Below are positions 24,607-38,110 of a DNA stretch of 64,000 nucleotides, piece after piece; within the stretch, counting starts at the first letter, position 1, and every line of letters starts with the position of its first letter. A model generated the notes under the pieces. It saw only the letters and a program-made list of their open reading frames with translations, searched no databases and was not told the DNA's origin. The position numbers and the translations under genes were made by a program. The DNA comes from Lama glama (Eukaryota). The stretch is from contig CM052817.1 of assembly GCA_028534125.1 (NCBI GenBank), positions 22,136,001-22,200,000 of the forward strand. Direction: 5' to 3'.

Positions 24607-27600
24607 TATTATTGATTTTAATTTCACTCCAGCTCTATTCGTTTCCATTCTGATACAGATTCCTTTTAAGGGAATCCCTTTAAATGAAATCCTTGAGGGT
24701 TTTGCTGTTGTTGTTTTGTTTTTTATCTTTAATTACTTCTTTTCTACATTTATTGTCCTCCCCCTTTAAAAATGTATTTTCTTTACCTCCCTTTCTCCCT
24801 CAAGTCTTGAAATAATCTCAGGTTGGAAAATATTTGAAGATCCGTTGCATTTCTCTTTCTTATTTGTGTTTGAATTTTTTTTTCTATAGAAGTGAAGAAA
24901 AACTGAGAAATCATAAAATGCTTTGTAATCATTACATTCCGTTTCTAGGGTTGTGATTATTTTTCTTCACTGGAGATAATGCCCACCTTTGTAAATGAAG
25001 AGGATAGAACTTTAATGAGAAGAATGAGAAAATGAAAATGCTGTACTCAGAGAAACCTGAGGCTTATACAGCAGGTAAGCCAAGATCTCTTTAAAACTTG
25101 GGGACAGAGTCAGGGGAATTGCAGAATCTCTTTTTAAACATAAGGTGGCAAAAACTCTTGTTTGGATAAATAAATAACAGGTAATAGATAAATACCTTAT
25201 TTGAGGTAAAATAGAACATCAGTTTAGATAGATGAATATAAGAATTAGGATAATGCTAATTAACTTGGTATACTCCTAGGACCCTTCCAGATCTGAAAGA
25301 AATATAAATAAATACCAATAGTAAGCCACATAGAGGAAGTACACACAATTGTCCCATTAGAGGGGATGATTGCCCTAAAAGCATCTGACTTCCAGAATGC
25401 CCTTGTCTCCAAGGAGACTGGCTTCCAAACATCCTAGGCTGATGTAATGTCATGAAGCAAATGGACTTTGCTTATATAAATAGGATACTTTTTAGCAATC
25501 CAAGCAGAGTAAGATTCCCGAAAGCAAGTTGATTCATCAATAACTAAATCTATTCATAACCAAGAATTAACACAACCTCAGCAGCAAGCACTTTCCAGGA
25601 ATAAATTGTTGTTTATCCACGGTGTGTAAGTTACTCTTTCAAAAGTGTTTTAACAGATGTCACAATTTTATCTGATTTTTCTTCCTCCTCCTTAAACTCT
25701 CCTTACTCCATTTCCCAGGAACAGCTTTCATCTGCACTTATTTCCTTTAAATATGTAGTAGTCTTCGTTCATTGACTCAATTTTCCTAAAATATGGTTGT
25801 TCTAATTAATTTTACCTAAGTTGACATTAAGAGCCCTGGGGAAATTAATAAGAATCTTACATACGGATCCTTCATAATGTTAAGAAATCTAATCAGATTT
25901 ACATAAATTTATAAATGCCTTTGGTCACTGTAAAGTATGTGTGTGTAGTAAGCCTTTGTTATTCAAGGGGCTCACCCAAATGATAACCAAGAAAAAGGAG
26001 GAAATTAGTTAGGAGATAGGATCCAAACACAGTTAAGTATTTTAACTCATTCATGTAACATTTGCTTTGTCTCAGTGTTGATTTTCTGTTTTACACCATG
26101 AATTTCCTTCTTTCAATTATTTTCTAAGAAGCATCCTATTTTTGGCATGAAATATTGATTTTCTTAAAGAAAAATTCAGGAAGGCACGTCCTAAGCATGC
26201 TTAAGACTTTAAATCTACCTATGATTTTTGAACAGGGGTCATTAATTTGAGAGAATGCTAGAATTGACTGTAACATTAATTGTTTTTAAACTGGTAGAGA
26301 CTAAGTTCTCACATAAATATAGATACGTATATGCATACGTATGTGTGCATTTTTGTTTTCTTTTTCATAATGAGAGTAGTGGGACTTTATAGGTTGAATT
26401 TATATCGTAGAGAGTAAAGGAAATTAGTTTATGTAATATTTGAATTTGTATAATGTACAGCCTATTATATACGTATAATTAAATGTGTTTAACATGATGA
26501 GTCATTATTTATAAGGTAAGTATATCTCCCAAAATTCTTCATAGAAAGTTATTTTTTTCCTAAATGTACTACCACAGTTAACCTATATTTTTCCCATTGA
26601 CGCGCCATTGCTGTGTGTTGAGTTGCTTGTTTATTTGAGTGCATTTTACCTGAATAAACTGTAACAGCAGGAACCACATCTATCTTTTTCATGATTTTAT
26701 CTCCAACAGCTAGTTCCCTACAGTAACATGGTAGTGGATTAATAAATGCACTTTGAAATGAAAGAGTTAGGCCATGGTAACCCTTTCGTTCAATATCAAC
26801 ACCAGCAACCTGGCTCTTATTTGCTTCACTTTTTCATGCAATGGGATAAGTATTTCAGGAATTTCATATCAGTAAAGGTCTTGTTTCTCTACCCCGCCAC
26901 CTTAGTTGGATACATGAAGACCATATTTGCATATGTCACTGCAGAGAAAGGTTGAGGGAAGATTGATATGTGCTCCCTTAGGAAGTCATCTGTGTACTAT
27001 TTAGAGCAAATATGGGTAGGTTGATATCTCTGGGAAATTTCCATTTTCATTTGTAAAGTAATTCTGTTTTTTGTGTGATGACTCTTTTGAAAGTCCCAGT
27101 GACTCTCAAGCTACTCACTAGTCCCTTTCTAATTTTGTAATCTCTAAGTCTTTAGAATTTGCCAGTACTTCAGAGCATTAGATCATTTCATTGGACTTCA
27201 TATTTTTTCTGCTTTAATTTATGCTATTTGGTATACAACCTCATGGCTACCTGATCAGACCGATAGGGTCAAATCTTCTATATTGGTATAATTTTGGCTG
27301 TGACACATTTTAACTTTAAACTAGCAAATAAGAATATTTTGCAACCTTTTAAAACTTATCTGTAATATTTACATGCATATCATTTTGATCTTATATACTG
27401 CCAAACTTCTTTTTACTTAACTTTTATGAGAGTCAGTTAATTATTTTTAATTAGTTGAAGAAAACTTGATCTCAAAATTTCCTGTTATCTTCCAGGTAAA
27501 TTAGGATAAAGCATTTTCTGTTGAAAATCAAAATTATAAACTTGCTATCCATAAACTTACTATTGTATCTGTGGGCTATTTGTGGTTGAATCTGCTTGAG

Positions 27601-30600
27601 ATGGATTGGGACATACATACAGAACCTCATTTAAGAAATGTTTTGGATCTGAAATCATTTCCAATAGAAAAATGAGGGAGTCAATGTGGTGAGCATTCCT
27701 AATGAAATTATATTTTATGAGTGAAAGAAGATTCAGAAGGAATGTACTACTAACCTGATTTCTATATTTGCATCAAAATTAAGGATGGTACAATTGCGAA
27801 ATCATAACTGGGTTTTACTGAGAGTAGTGCAGTATTTAGAACTGGTTGTTTACTCAGAAAGCATTGGTTGTGTCTGTGGTTTCTGTTCAGTTAGACTTGG
27901 GATGTTTAAAGGCCGTAGCCATATCTGTATCCTTCATGTCAGTAGCATGACTCTGAGTCTAGTAGCTGTCTGTTGAATGCTTATTGCTTTAAATAAGAGG
28001 CATTGACCAAGAACATTGAGAAAATTGAAGGATTGTTAGTTTTTCTATTTGTAAATAGAAAGAAAGAAGTTGAGGAATTGTGGTTAGTGAGGAATGTCCC
28101 ACAGTATCATCTGCAATATAAATTTAATATTTACCTCATTATCAGTAGGAATGGTATATTCTCTTAGCATCATTTTGTATATGAAGCCAATTTCATTTCA
28201 TCAGCTTTCACAGCATTTCACATCTTATATGAAACATTTGATCTATAAATGCTTTTTTATCTTTACCATCTTTTAGCTCTTATTTTTTACTTTATATTTT
28301 ATAGAGCTTCTTGAATAAAATGACCAGATTTTAGACATTTCTATGACTATGACTTCACCTGCCTAACTCATCCCTCCACAAACATTTCTTGAACGAAATT
28401 AAGTAAATGTGTTACAAAGTTTAACTTGATAATTTTTAGAAAATGATTCAGGTATAATCACTTCTCTTGAAGTCTTGTTTGAGGCAGAACCAAACATAGA
28501 ATTGTCTATTATTTTAATAGGACACTGGTCAATCTCTTGAATCTAACAGAAACTTCTGAAGGGAGAAAGCAACACTTATTTATCTCAGAAAAGTAGCTGT
28601 GGAATTGATGGGGTTGTTAAAATACTTCAATCCTCTAGTCTACACTTTGTATTCTGTTTTCTTATCTTCATACAGATGGTAGACAATGAATGTAAACAAA
28701 GTGAAGAAACCTTTTCCTAAACATTTATTATGTTTCAATAACAGGTGTTAATCTATTTTATTAAGATTTGGTTTGTCACGTTTCTAGAAACCTGTCTCAC
28801 CTTCAGTGTGCTCTGGTGTTTCTGTCTACCTTGCCCGTCACTCAGGTCAAGCGTCTTCTTCATTGCTTGCATTTGTTATTATGCTCTTGACAATCATTAT
28901 TCATATAGTGCCTGTACTTGGTCATTTAACTCCTTGTCTTTGTGCTCCAATTTCCTCAAATTTAAGAAATTAAGTAGCAAATACCAAAATGCTTAGTCCA
29001 TATATTGTACATACTCAATATTTTATGCATTCAATATTGTTTTGTATTTTCATTTTCCTTCACAGTAGTAGACCTGCTCTCACTATATTTATGTCTAATG
29101 TAAGAAACAGAATAAAAGCTTCAGGTGATCCCAGCTATCACAATCAGCAGGACTATCAAGGTGCTACTTTCAGTAAGTCAAGAATATAACTTTCCCACAA
29201 ACATCTTATAAGCCTATTTAAAGGTTGTATTCAACCCATTCATATATGAGGGAACCAAAAAGAAGGTAAAACTGGTTCAAAAGATATTTTGTGGAACTGC
29301 ACATAAAGATATTTGGGGGAAAAATGTTAAAATAAGATCGATAGGTAAAATACAAAACTGGTTAATGTGCAACAGGGCAATAAACTAATTTGGGGGATTT
29401 TTATTTCTGCAGAGAGAAATCTACAGATTCACATGTAACTTCTCATTGCAAAATTTATGTAGAAAATAATTTATCTGTGGGTATGTTTATAAGGCAATGT
29501 CCCAGGACAACGTTGAAAGTTCCTTCCATGATGTCCTGGCATTTTTTCAAAGTGTTTAATGATTCTTTTAAAACAAAGTCAATAAACTCTAAAATTAGGC
29601 CTAATAAATACAATGTCTGCCTTTTTCCCAAGGGTCGATATGAAGTAGATCTTAACTACTCTAAGAGAAAATAACTGTTATGTTTGGCTCTCAGGACAGT
29701 GAATGACAGACTCAAATCTCAAAATCAAAAGGGCCAAATAGAAACTGCAATCAGAATATAGGAACACATCATGAAGACATTTATTCAGGAATTTTACAGA
29801 AGCATCTCTACGGGGGAGTACAAGATAAGCAATTAATCACTACAATATACAGACATTGGTAAATACATAGTAATAGATCAGATTTGTATGAGAAATTTGA
29901 AGAACGTAAGCAAATTTTTTTTTTTTTAACCAGAGCCTTGGGGGAGTGAGGCCTATGAACACAATGTCATCCTTGAATTGTTTTAATCTCATTATTCTAT
30001 TAGGATCTAATGACTGGTTTTCCAGAGCATTGTTAGTCAAGGTCAAAAGCTTAGGCTGCTGTATCTGGCAGATGCTTTATAAATCGAACCTGCCTAAGTG
30101 ATTGTATTAACAAATATATTTAAATGCATCTGCACATTTAAGGATATATTGTACTATTTGTTAATTGTTACAAGTCCTTAGACCTTATGCCACTAATTTT
30201 AAAACATGATATTTCTTCTGTATTACTGAATCTAGAAAGAAAAGAAGATAAAAGTCATGAAAAAAATGCAACAAAGTTATTTTATAATCTAAAGTAAAAG
30301 GAGGTAGTATATCAAATTTGATAAATTGTGGGACTGGTATGTCATACCTAGTTTAGTTGGCTGTCCTGTCATGCCTGCATGTTACCATAATTAGAGGTGA
30401 CAGGATGGAACATTTTAAGTCTTAAATAACTCAAATCAAAGTAAATTCTTTACAATATCAAGCAGGGAATTCTAAGTCAAGTGGTTTGGGTTATCAAATA
30501 CAAGTGAAAAAATTTTAAATACAGAGGAAAAGAGATGTTGTGCTATTGTTGTTGTGATGTCAACAAATTATAGGTGTAAGAGAACTGATTATTTCAATGT

Positions 30601-32495
30601 TAAAAATATACCAGCAAGTTCAAGAAATCATTTTAAGCATAACAGGCTTATATGGGTTATGCTACACGACCTGACTTGGAAGGTGTGAACTGTAGATCTC
30701 ATTGTGATGCTGATACTCAGTTCTTTCCCCCAAAGCTTTCTTTGCAATTTTTCTTGCTTGAGAATTTTCACCGTATATAGTTAAATAAGCATTTAAAGGA
30801 TTTTCTCTTGGGGTAATTCATTCTTATAGTCAGACTCAATGTGTGTGCAAGGATTGCCTATCTATTCCGACATTATCAGAAGTGAAGAAACATTTTTATT
30901 AGCCAGGGGCTAAGCTTCATACAATCTTTGTTTCAAACACATTGTGAGTCATCGTGCATTTCCTAACTACTTTTAACTTAAACTGCTGTGCTGTTTGGTT
31001 ACATGTTCAGAAAAAAAAAAAAAAGTATCTTGTATTCTACAGATCCAAATAAAAGACTGCTATAAATCAGAACAGAAAATTAGTTGTTAGATCATCTGTT
31101 AACATATCTGTAAACATCTATGTCTAGACTAATTTTACATGTTGAAAAATAAAACCCTTCAAACTTTCCACTGGAGGGCAATTTTAAAAATAAATTTATC
31201 ATACTGTTGCCACTAGTTGAAATACTGATTATCAGGTATTAAAAATGAGATCTGGAAGAACTATAGAATGTTAGAACTAAAGATTTTAAGCAACATTGAG
31301 CCAGTCCATTGTATCATTTTGTTTATTTGTTTTATATTGGAGTGAATATGCATTTAAGCAGGGACAAGTAAAGAAAATTTCCTAAACTAGAAATTGAAAA
31401 GATGGATGTGGGCATCTCCATCTGGTAGATATAACCTGAGCAATTCGTAAGTCTTGTATCATAAATTTTAATATCTAGGCTTATAATTATTTTAAAAAGT
31501 AATTATTAAAAAGAATATAGTAACCTTTGCTCCCCCAGCCTCTCTTCTATTGTCCTTTGAGTTTTTTTTAAATATATTTAAATGTCTTTCACCTTCACCC
31601 GATTTCTTTCCATAATATCTCATATGTTGAAGTACATTGATATCATCTGTGATATTTAGCTGCAGACATCCAGTGACCTAGGATTATACCATTGTGTTTG
31701 ATAAACTGGGACAGTAATGCAAGCATCCAAATTCCTAGCCCACAAGCACTTCCTTCAGACAATACTGAACATTAAATTAAGGATTTGACAGGATAATACA
31801 ATAAAGAAGAGACTTGGGATCACAGGCCAGGACTGCATGTAACAGTGTCACAATTTGAGAGTGTTAGAAACTTTTGAGCATAGAAGCAATTGCCCCTTAG
31901 TAGTGTGTGGTCCTAATGTCTAACGGTAATTGTCCCTGTATAGCAGGGTTCTGGGTGATTATTTTGATTTGGGAATGGCTTCATTAATTTGCTTATCTTT
32001 ATTGAATTTTTTACTATTCTAAACTTGCATTCCATATAAAATATTCAAAAATTTATTTTAAACAATCAAAGAAGACTGTAACAGATGACTGTTACATATG
32101 TTACATGCTGGGATTCCATATGATATTTAAAATAGCAGCAAAGTTCCTAGTTAAAAAGGGCTTCTAAAGCATCGGCAGCGAATCTGATGAAATCTATTTT
32201 CCTGGAGTACATGGACTTGGGGAGAAAAGCTTCCTCAAGCCAAATAGACCTAAAATAAAGAAACAGAAAGGTGGCTTTTTAAAAATTCTTCTTTGAAGTG
32301 TTTTCACTCTGTTTTGCATTATCCCTAGCTTCAGCTCATTGCTTGCAATGTGCTGTGCTAATCATCTATCTCCTTGTTTCACTATCCAAACATAGTTACT
32401 GACATATTTTTGTTTATTTGCCTTCCTAGTTATTGCTCAGGGTCATTACCTCCAAAAGAAGGCATCCTACATTAGAACCACTTTTACTACTTTTT

Positions 32496-32579
32496 ATCCT
32501 AGATTGATAGTACCTCTACCTATCCTCATGTTCAAGATGATCAGCAGCCTTGCCCTGTGGTTAAAATGCCTTATTGCAT
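32496..32579 (+). repeat. Dispersed direct repeat, copy 1
   Basis: 61/70 identical by hand alignment to 33366-33435. Confidence 0.92.
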
Positions 32580-33365
32580 CATAAACGAAAGAGTCAGGGG
32601 AAAAAATAAACAAACTTTCACTACTGAGAATATGGGGTTCACTGTCTTAGATTCTATATATAAGATGTAACTTCTGTAGTCAATTCAAGATTGGAATCCA
32701 GATTCTAAAAGCATACTTGCCATGCAATCTTAAACGTAAAAATATTTATAGAGATTTGGGGAGAAATAATACAAATGCCAGAGTATTGTTTTATCCAATG
32801 AAATAATATTTAAAAAGTATTTAGCACAGTGTTTGAAATATAGTAAGTGCTCAATAATATTATTCTTATCACTAATTAGTATTGTACTATAGAGGCATAC
32901 TATGTTCTTAAAAAGCACACATGGCAAATATTCAGCATTTCTTTTCCCCAATTTTGTTTTTAAGAATAAAGTTTTTCTCAGTTTCAGCCACTTAGGTTTG
33001 GGTGAACCTGATCAATTAATCCTATCTGTGTCCTAGATTAGAAAAATAGAATGCTGTCCTCAACTAGTAATAATCCTAGACTTCTTAGTGTGTGTTCTCA
33101 GGCTGTCTCATATCAGGTTATGAGAACCAACTATTAAATTTGCAGGAATTTTGTGATATGGTTGCTAAATACAGCAAATATTAAAAAGTAAAAGTATATT
33201 AATTTATAATTAAATAAATTACATTTTCAAAAGGTAATAAATTCCCAAAACTAATGCTTCCTAATTATTATGCTGCATTTTACTATTATCTATGCTATTG
33301 AAATTATTTATGCCTATTTTAAATATTATAATAAAGACTTTTGTATAGACTTGTGAAAAAAGAGA

Positions 33366-33447
33366 ATCCTAGATTGATAGTGCCTCTACCTAGTCTCACG
33401 ATCGAGACAATCAGCAGCCTTGCCCTGCGGTTAAAGTATCTTTGCAT
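33366..33447 (+). repeat. Dispersed direct repeat, copy 2 (inside MER63D)
   Basis: Copy of 32496-32579 at an offset of 870 bp. Confidence 0.92.
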
Positions 33448-33777
33448 TGGGATAACACTGTATAATGGTAAGCAAATGTGCATTTCTTTCCAACTTCGTA
33501 TTTAGTGACCTCAGCTTGTAGCTTGTAATTCTGTCATGAAGAAGGTATTTACACTACAGAATAGGTCAACACTGCATAACATGGCTTGATTTATTATTTT
33601 GTTGATTGTCTGGAGTTAATATTTTAATGGAGAATATGTTACTAATGGAGATTTTTCTCAGTTTTTGTGTGTGTCTATAACCATTACATTGTGAATAGCC
33701 CCAATATATTATAGAAATATTATTCTAGTATTCAAAAATTATTATGAGATTAAGCATAGTGTTTTTTCTAGGATAAT

Positions 33778-34004
33778 ATTTTATTTTTCATTTTTTATTG
33801 AAGTATAGTTAATTTACAATGTTGTATTAGTTTCGTGTGTACAGCAAAGTGATTCAGTTATACATATGTGTAAATACATATGCTTTTTCAGATACATTTC
33901 AATTATAAGTTGTTACAAGATATTGAATATAGTTCCTTGTGCTATACAGTAGATTCTTGTTGTTTATATATTTTATATATGGTAGTGTGTATGTCTTAAT
34001 CCCA
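33778..34004 (-). mobile_element. Short L1 3' end (artiodactyl-type) nested in MER63D
   Basis: ttttattgaagtatagttaatttacaatgttgt..acagcaaagtgattcagttatacata..gaatatagttccttgtgctatacagtag. Confidence 0.88.
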
Positions 34005-35800
34005 GACAGAGCTTATTAATGTCTTTGGTGAAAAATTACAGGATGAGTAAGAAATTTAAATTGCTCATTAATCTTACACCTTAACATAAATTAGAATAAC
34101 AACCAGTATTCATGTTGGGACTACGGTTGTTCATTAATTGCAGCCAGTTAGCTATGAATTTAAAGACTTGGCAAAAATTAGCAAAAATACTCTGAAAATC
34201 AATTGGCTATATGGAACTTTTAAAAAGGGCATATATAATTTGTGATTATTTGTCAATTGTATGCTATGAATCTTTATACTACTAAAACTTATAATAAATT
34301 TATGTAGTATATATTGGCACTTTTTTGAGAGATGGTTGTTTAATATTTACTAGCACACATGGTTATATGCTAGCTATTAAGTTATTTGAATAAGTTTTCT
34401 ACCATATATTCCTGAAAGATTCAGTTGCACCTGGGTATTGCAAGTGATAAATCCTAACATGTAGAATTAGATTAATTGAGGTGAGATGTGAGGCAGGAAA
34501 TAGTCTTCCGTTTCCAACTAGGAAGTTGACAATATCTATTAAGTGGTATAAATAATTTATTAAACAGTCACCTGCTAAATTTTAGATATCAGATCATGTT
34601 CCTACTTGTAAAGAAGTTCTAATGTGTCTTGTTATAAAATATCAGACTGTTTGTAAAATAAAGGGCAAAAAATATGCTTGCCAAGAGGGATAAAACCAAA
34701 CCAAGACAGGTGAAAATCTCATAGCCGAAAGATGAATTCTCCATTTTAAACTAAAGATTGTATCAGGAAATTCAGAAAGGATACAGACACAGCCCAGAAG
34801 AAAATTGGAATTAGGGGAATATGGTACTCATGCTCCTGCTCCGTTCTTTCTGATAACCTGACAACCATGCCTGACAAAATGACAATTACCCAAACTTCAA
34901 AGAACCAGCTTCCATTAAGCAACAGGGGGATGAGGGGATAAATTAATTGTACCTCTTCCTCTGGCCTAATATTTCACATCAGTCTAGACAGAGCAAAATA
35001 AAGATTATTTAAATGAAGGGTAGAGAGATGTTCTGAGTATCTAGTCATTTTTTAAAGAGACGGAAACCTCCAGGATAAAATTTATATTCAGAAACTCAGT
35101 AACTCAATAACATCTCTGATATTAAAATAACAGGAGAAACAGAAATCAAATGATCAGAACTTCTACATTTTAAGGTGTTAAATTTTAAGAGAAACCACAA
35201 GGCTCTTCAACAAAGGTCTATTATTGCTCCACTTTTAAGACAAATTCCAGGCTAAAATCAGAAACCTAAGGTTTTTGTTTACTAAAGCATGGTAAGAAAA
35301 TCCATAAGGGAAGAAAAGCCTTCCCTTTACCTTCCAAAATGTACTCAATGAAAACCAAAGACGAGATGGATCTCCTCAGAGAGCAGGCTCAGGAGCTACC
35401 ATATTGGCTGACCCAGAAACAGATTTCTCTAAAAGACAAAGAGTTACTAATCCATTCGTGCAGGATACAGATAATGCTAGGAAAGATTATTAGTCTGTGT
35501 GTTTTCTCCTTCTTCCCTTTGCCAAATGGAAGACTTCATTTCGGATAGCTTATTCTGAAATCTGCCTTTGAATATAGAATGTGCTAGGATTATATTCATC
35601 ATCTAATTTTAGGTTTTTGGACATGAGTAGCTGCATCTGGAAGACTAGATGAAATTGTGGATATTCATTTATGGAGACAAAGGTAGAATATGTTATAAAA
35701 TGTATGTGAAATAGTTGCATGATACTAGACTAGAGAATTTTTGAGAGTATATTATTGGAATCAATATATATTGATTCTAAGCACTGATTAGAATGGATTT

Positions 35801-36110
35801 TAGTAGACATCTGCTGTTTTTGTCTGCCTAGCCTACTTTAATCCATCAATTTTATTAGAATCTGGTGATTTTTCCCTTTTAAATATTCTCTCCTACTTTT
35901 GGCCTATGATGTTCAATATGAAAATATCCATTCCCTGATTATTGACGTCAGCATATTATCAAGACCTTGTCAATATTACATTTCATCCCGCAACCATAAT
36001 CAGTTGGTTTAATGATGAACATTTAAACCAAAATAGGATAATGGAATCATCAGGACTGATTCAAAATGAATAGAAAACACCAATATTTATAAAACTGAAT
36101 GCCTGGAAGC
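35801..36110 (+). mobile_element. Old MaLR LTR fragment (MLT1K/L-like)
   Basis: Starts tagtagacatctgctgtttttgtctgcctagc, then ataatcagttggtttaatgatgaacat..accaa. Confidence 0.45.
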
Positions 36111-36114
36111 CATA

Positions 36115-36580
36115 TGTTATGGGCTGAGTTGTGTCTGCCTCCCAGAATTCATGTTTTAGTCCTAACCCCCAGTACCTCAGAATGTGGTTGTATTTGGAGA
36201 GAAAGCCTTTAATGGGTAATTAAGTTAAAGTGAGATCATATGGATTGACTAATTCAATGAGTGGTGGTCTTATAAGAAGAAACTAGTACAAGACTGAGAG
36301 ATGACCATGGGAGAGCACAGCAAGAAAATTAAGTTAAAACGAGGCTGTTAGGGTGGATCCTAATCCAGTCTGACTGGTGGTGTCCTTATAAGAAGAAAAG
36401 ATCACATGAGGACACAGGGAGAAGGTGGCCATCTGCAAGCCAAGGAGAGAGGCATCAGAAGAAACCAAACCTGGTGACACCTAGGTCTTAGACTTCTAGC
36501 CTCCAAAACTGTGATAAATCTAAGACACTCAGTTCCTCGTGTCCCTCATGTTGTTATGGCAGCCCAGGCAGGTGAAGACA
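36115..36580 (+). mobile_element. MaLR solo LTR (MLT1B-like) with an internal ~109-bp duplication
   Basis: tgttatgggctgagttgtgt..cccagtacctcagaatgtg..aaggtggccatctgcaagccaagg..ttgttatggcagcc..aagaca. The aattaagttaaa..ttataagaaga block occurs twice (36218 and 36327). Confidence 0.9.
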
Positions 36581-37644
36581 CCAATCAAGAGGAGCAGTAG
36601 GGGACTGAGTGTTCAAGACTCAATATTCTCTCCTTGTTGTCTGAGCATCCTGTTTCCAAACACAGCTTCCTTTTTTTTTCCCCCTATGAATTCAATTTAT
36701 AGTTCTTGAAAGGCTGTTTTGTGCTTTTCCTACTTGCTCATGTTTTAGTGTCTTCTGTTGCAAGTTCAAGTAGAATTCAAGTGAAACAGAGTAAAACAGG
36801 CAAATTTTCAAAACAGATGATTTTATGTATTATCTCAAAGTAAACTTCTTTACTTTATCATACAATTAAGTAACCAGCTGATAGAGGATAACCATACATA
36901 CACACCAATTTATCATGCATATGAATACCATATACGTATCATAGAATATTACGTATGTACAATATACACAGAAATCTTTTCTAGGGAAGTAGATTCTGTT
37001 GCATAGACAATATTTTCAATTTGTTGAAAAACTTAGTAAATATAGATATGCAAAATAGCAATGCTGAATTTCTCTCTATAAGAGATAGAAGATACTTTTG
37101 AAATTCTGGGGATAGAAGCAGGAAAAGATCTTGGATAATATTAGATAACAGCACAAAATACACGAAGGGAGAAGACAGAATGGCTGGAGAAAGGTAGAGT
37201 GAGCTTGGGGCACCACAAGAGTAAACATTTTCAGTAATAGGGTAGATAGAGGAGTTTATAAGAAGAGGAATTTCTGATATTTCAGTTGTGGTTGTTTCTG
37301 TAAATATGACATCTTTCCTATGCCTTTATCCCTGATGGTTAGTAATTTTTATAACCACAAATGTCTTGTGTGTTCACACATGTGTGTCTGTGCATATGTG
37401 TGAATGAGTATATTTAAATCAAGTAAGAAACTGTATTCAGTCAACTTAGTGAGATACAACCCCTGGGAGAAGTTAGTAGTAATATGATAAATGAATTAAT
37501 TAGCAAAAGCAGAAATCCAGAGATAATGATAAAAATCAAAGACCCTTAACATTCATAGAAACTTGGGGACAAATTTTCTACTCCATAAAATGTGGAAACA
37601 ATGTTTGAGTTAAGCTTTACAAACTCTCAATAGTTTACTTATAA

Positions 37645-38110
37645 GTCAGGCCCTCACACAAACAAACAGTACACCGAGAATAGGATAATTCAAGGAGGGT
37701 TTATTTATAAATGTGTGGCTATGCTGGAAATAGGGGGAGATGCCACAGAAGATAATAAAAGAACCTGTCACATCCTAGTGTCGTTTCCTAACCACCACTA
37801 TGTCTAAAAGAGTGGGGAGGGTGCATTACTCAAAATCAGAAGTAATAAAACATCCTGTAGAGACTGTGCTTTGTTTGCACCAGAGGTTGAAGGATGCAGC
37901 TATTTTCAGGAAAAAGGAAGGGAATTAATGTCCTGACCTCGTGCTTCATCCTTCATATCTGCTTGCGCTCCCCATTGGCTGGAGACCAATCAGAAGTCAG
38001 AGAACCCAGAAGCCATAATATCTATAAAAGTCAGCTTCCTGGGTAAATAAGGCAGGTGGAGAAATGTGGGACAAGCATTTGAAGGAGGAAATGGAAAGTT
38101 CTTCCACAGC
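37645..38110 (-). mobile_element. ERVL LTR (LTR33-like)
   Basis: ggataattcaaggagggttt..gctccccattggctg..accaatcagaagtcagag..gtcagcttcctggg..ggaggaaatggaa. Confidence 0.65.

Larger units (their letters stand above)
33085..34362 (+). mobile_element. MER63D-like hAT DNA transposon with two nested insertions
   Basis: ttaaatttgcaggaattttgtga..aaaggtaataaat..ttcctaattatt..ccaacttcgtatttagtgac..ttgattgtctgga, with right end gagagatggttgtttaatatttactagcacac. Confidence 0.8.

Noticed and set aside
24658..24695. Overlapping short palindromes (gattccttttaagggaatccctttaaa)
   Set aside because: Short and AT-rich, so compatible with chance or local slippage.
32078..32097. Perfect 8-bp hairpin tgtaacag-atga-ctgttaca
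   Set aside because: Too short to call an RNA structure, and expected occasionally in 64 kb.
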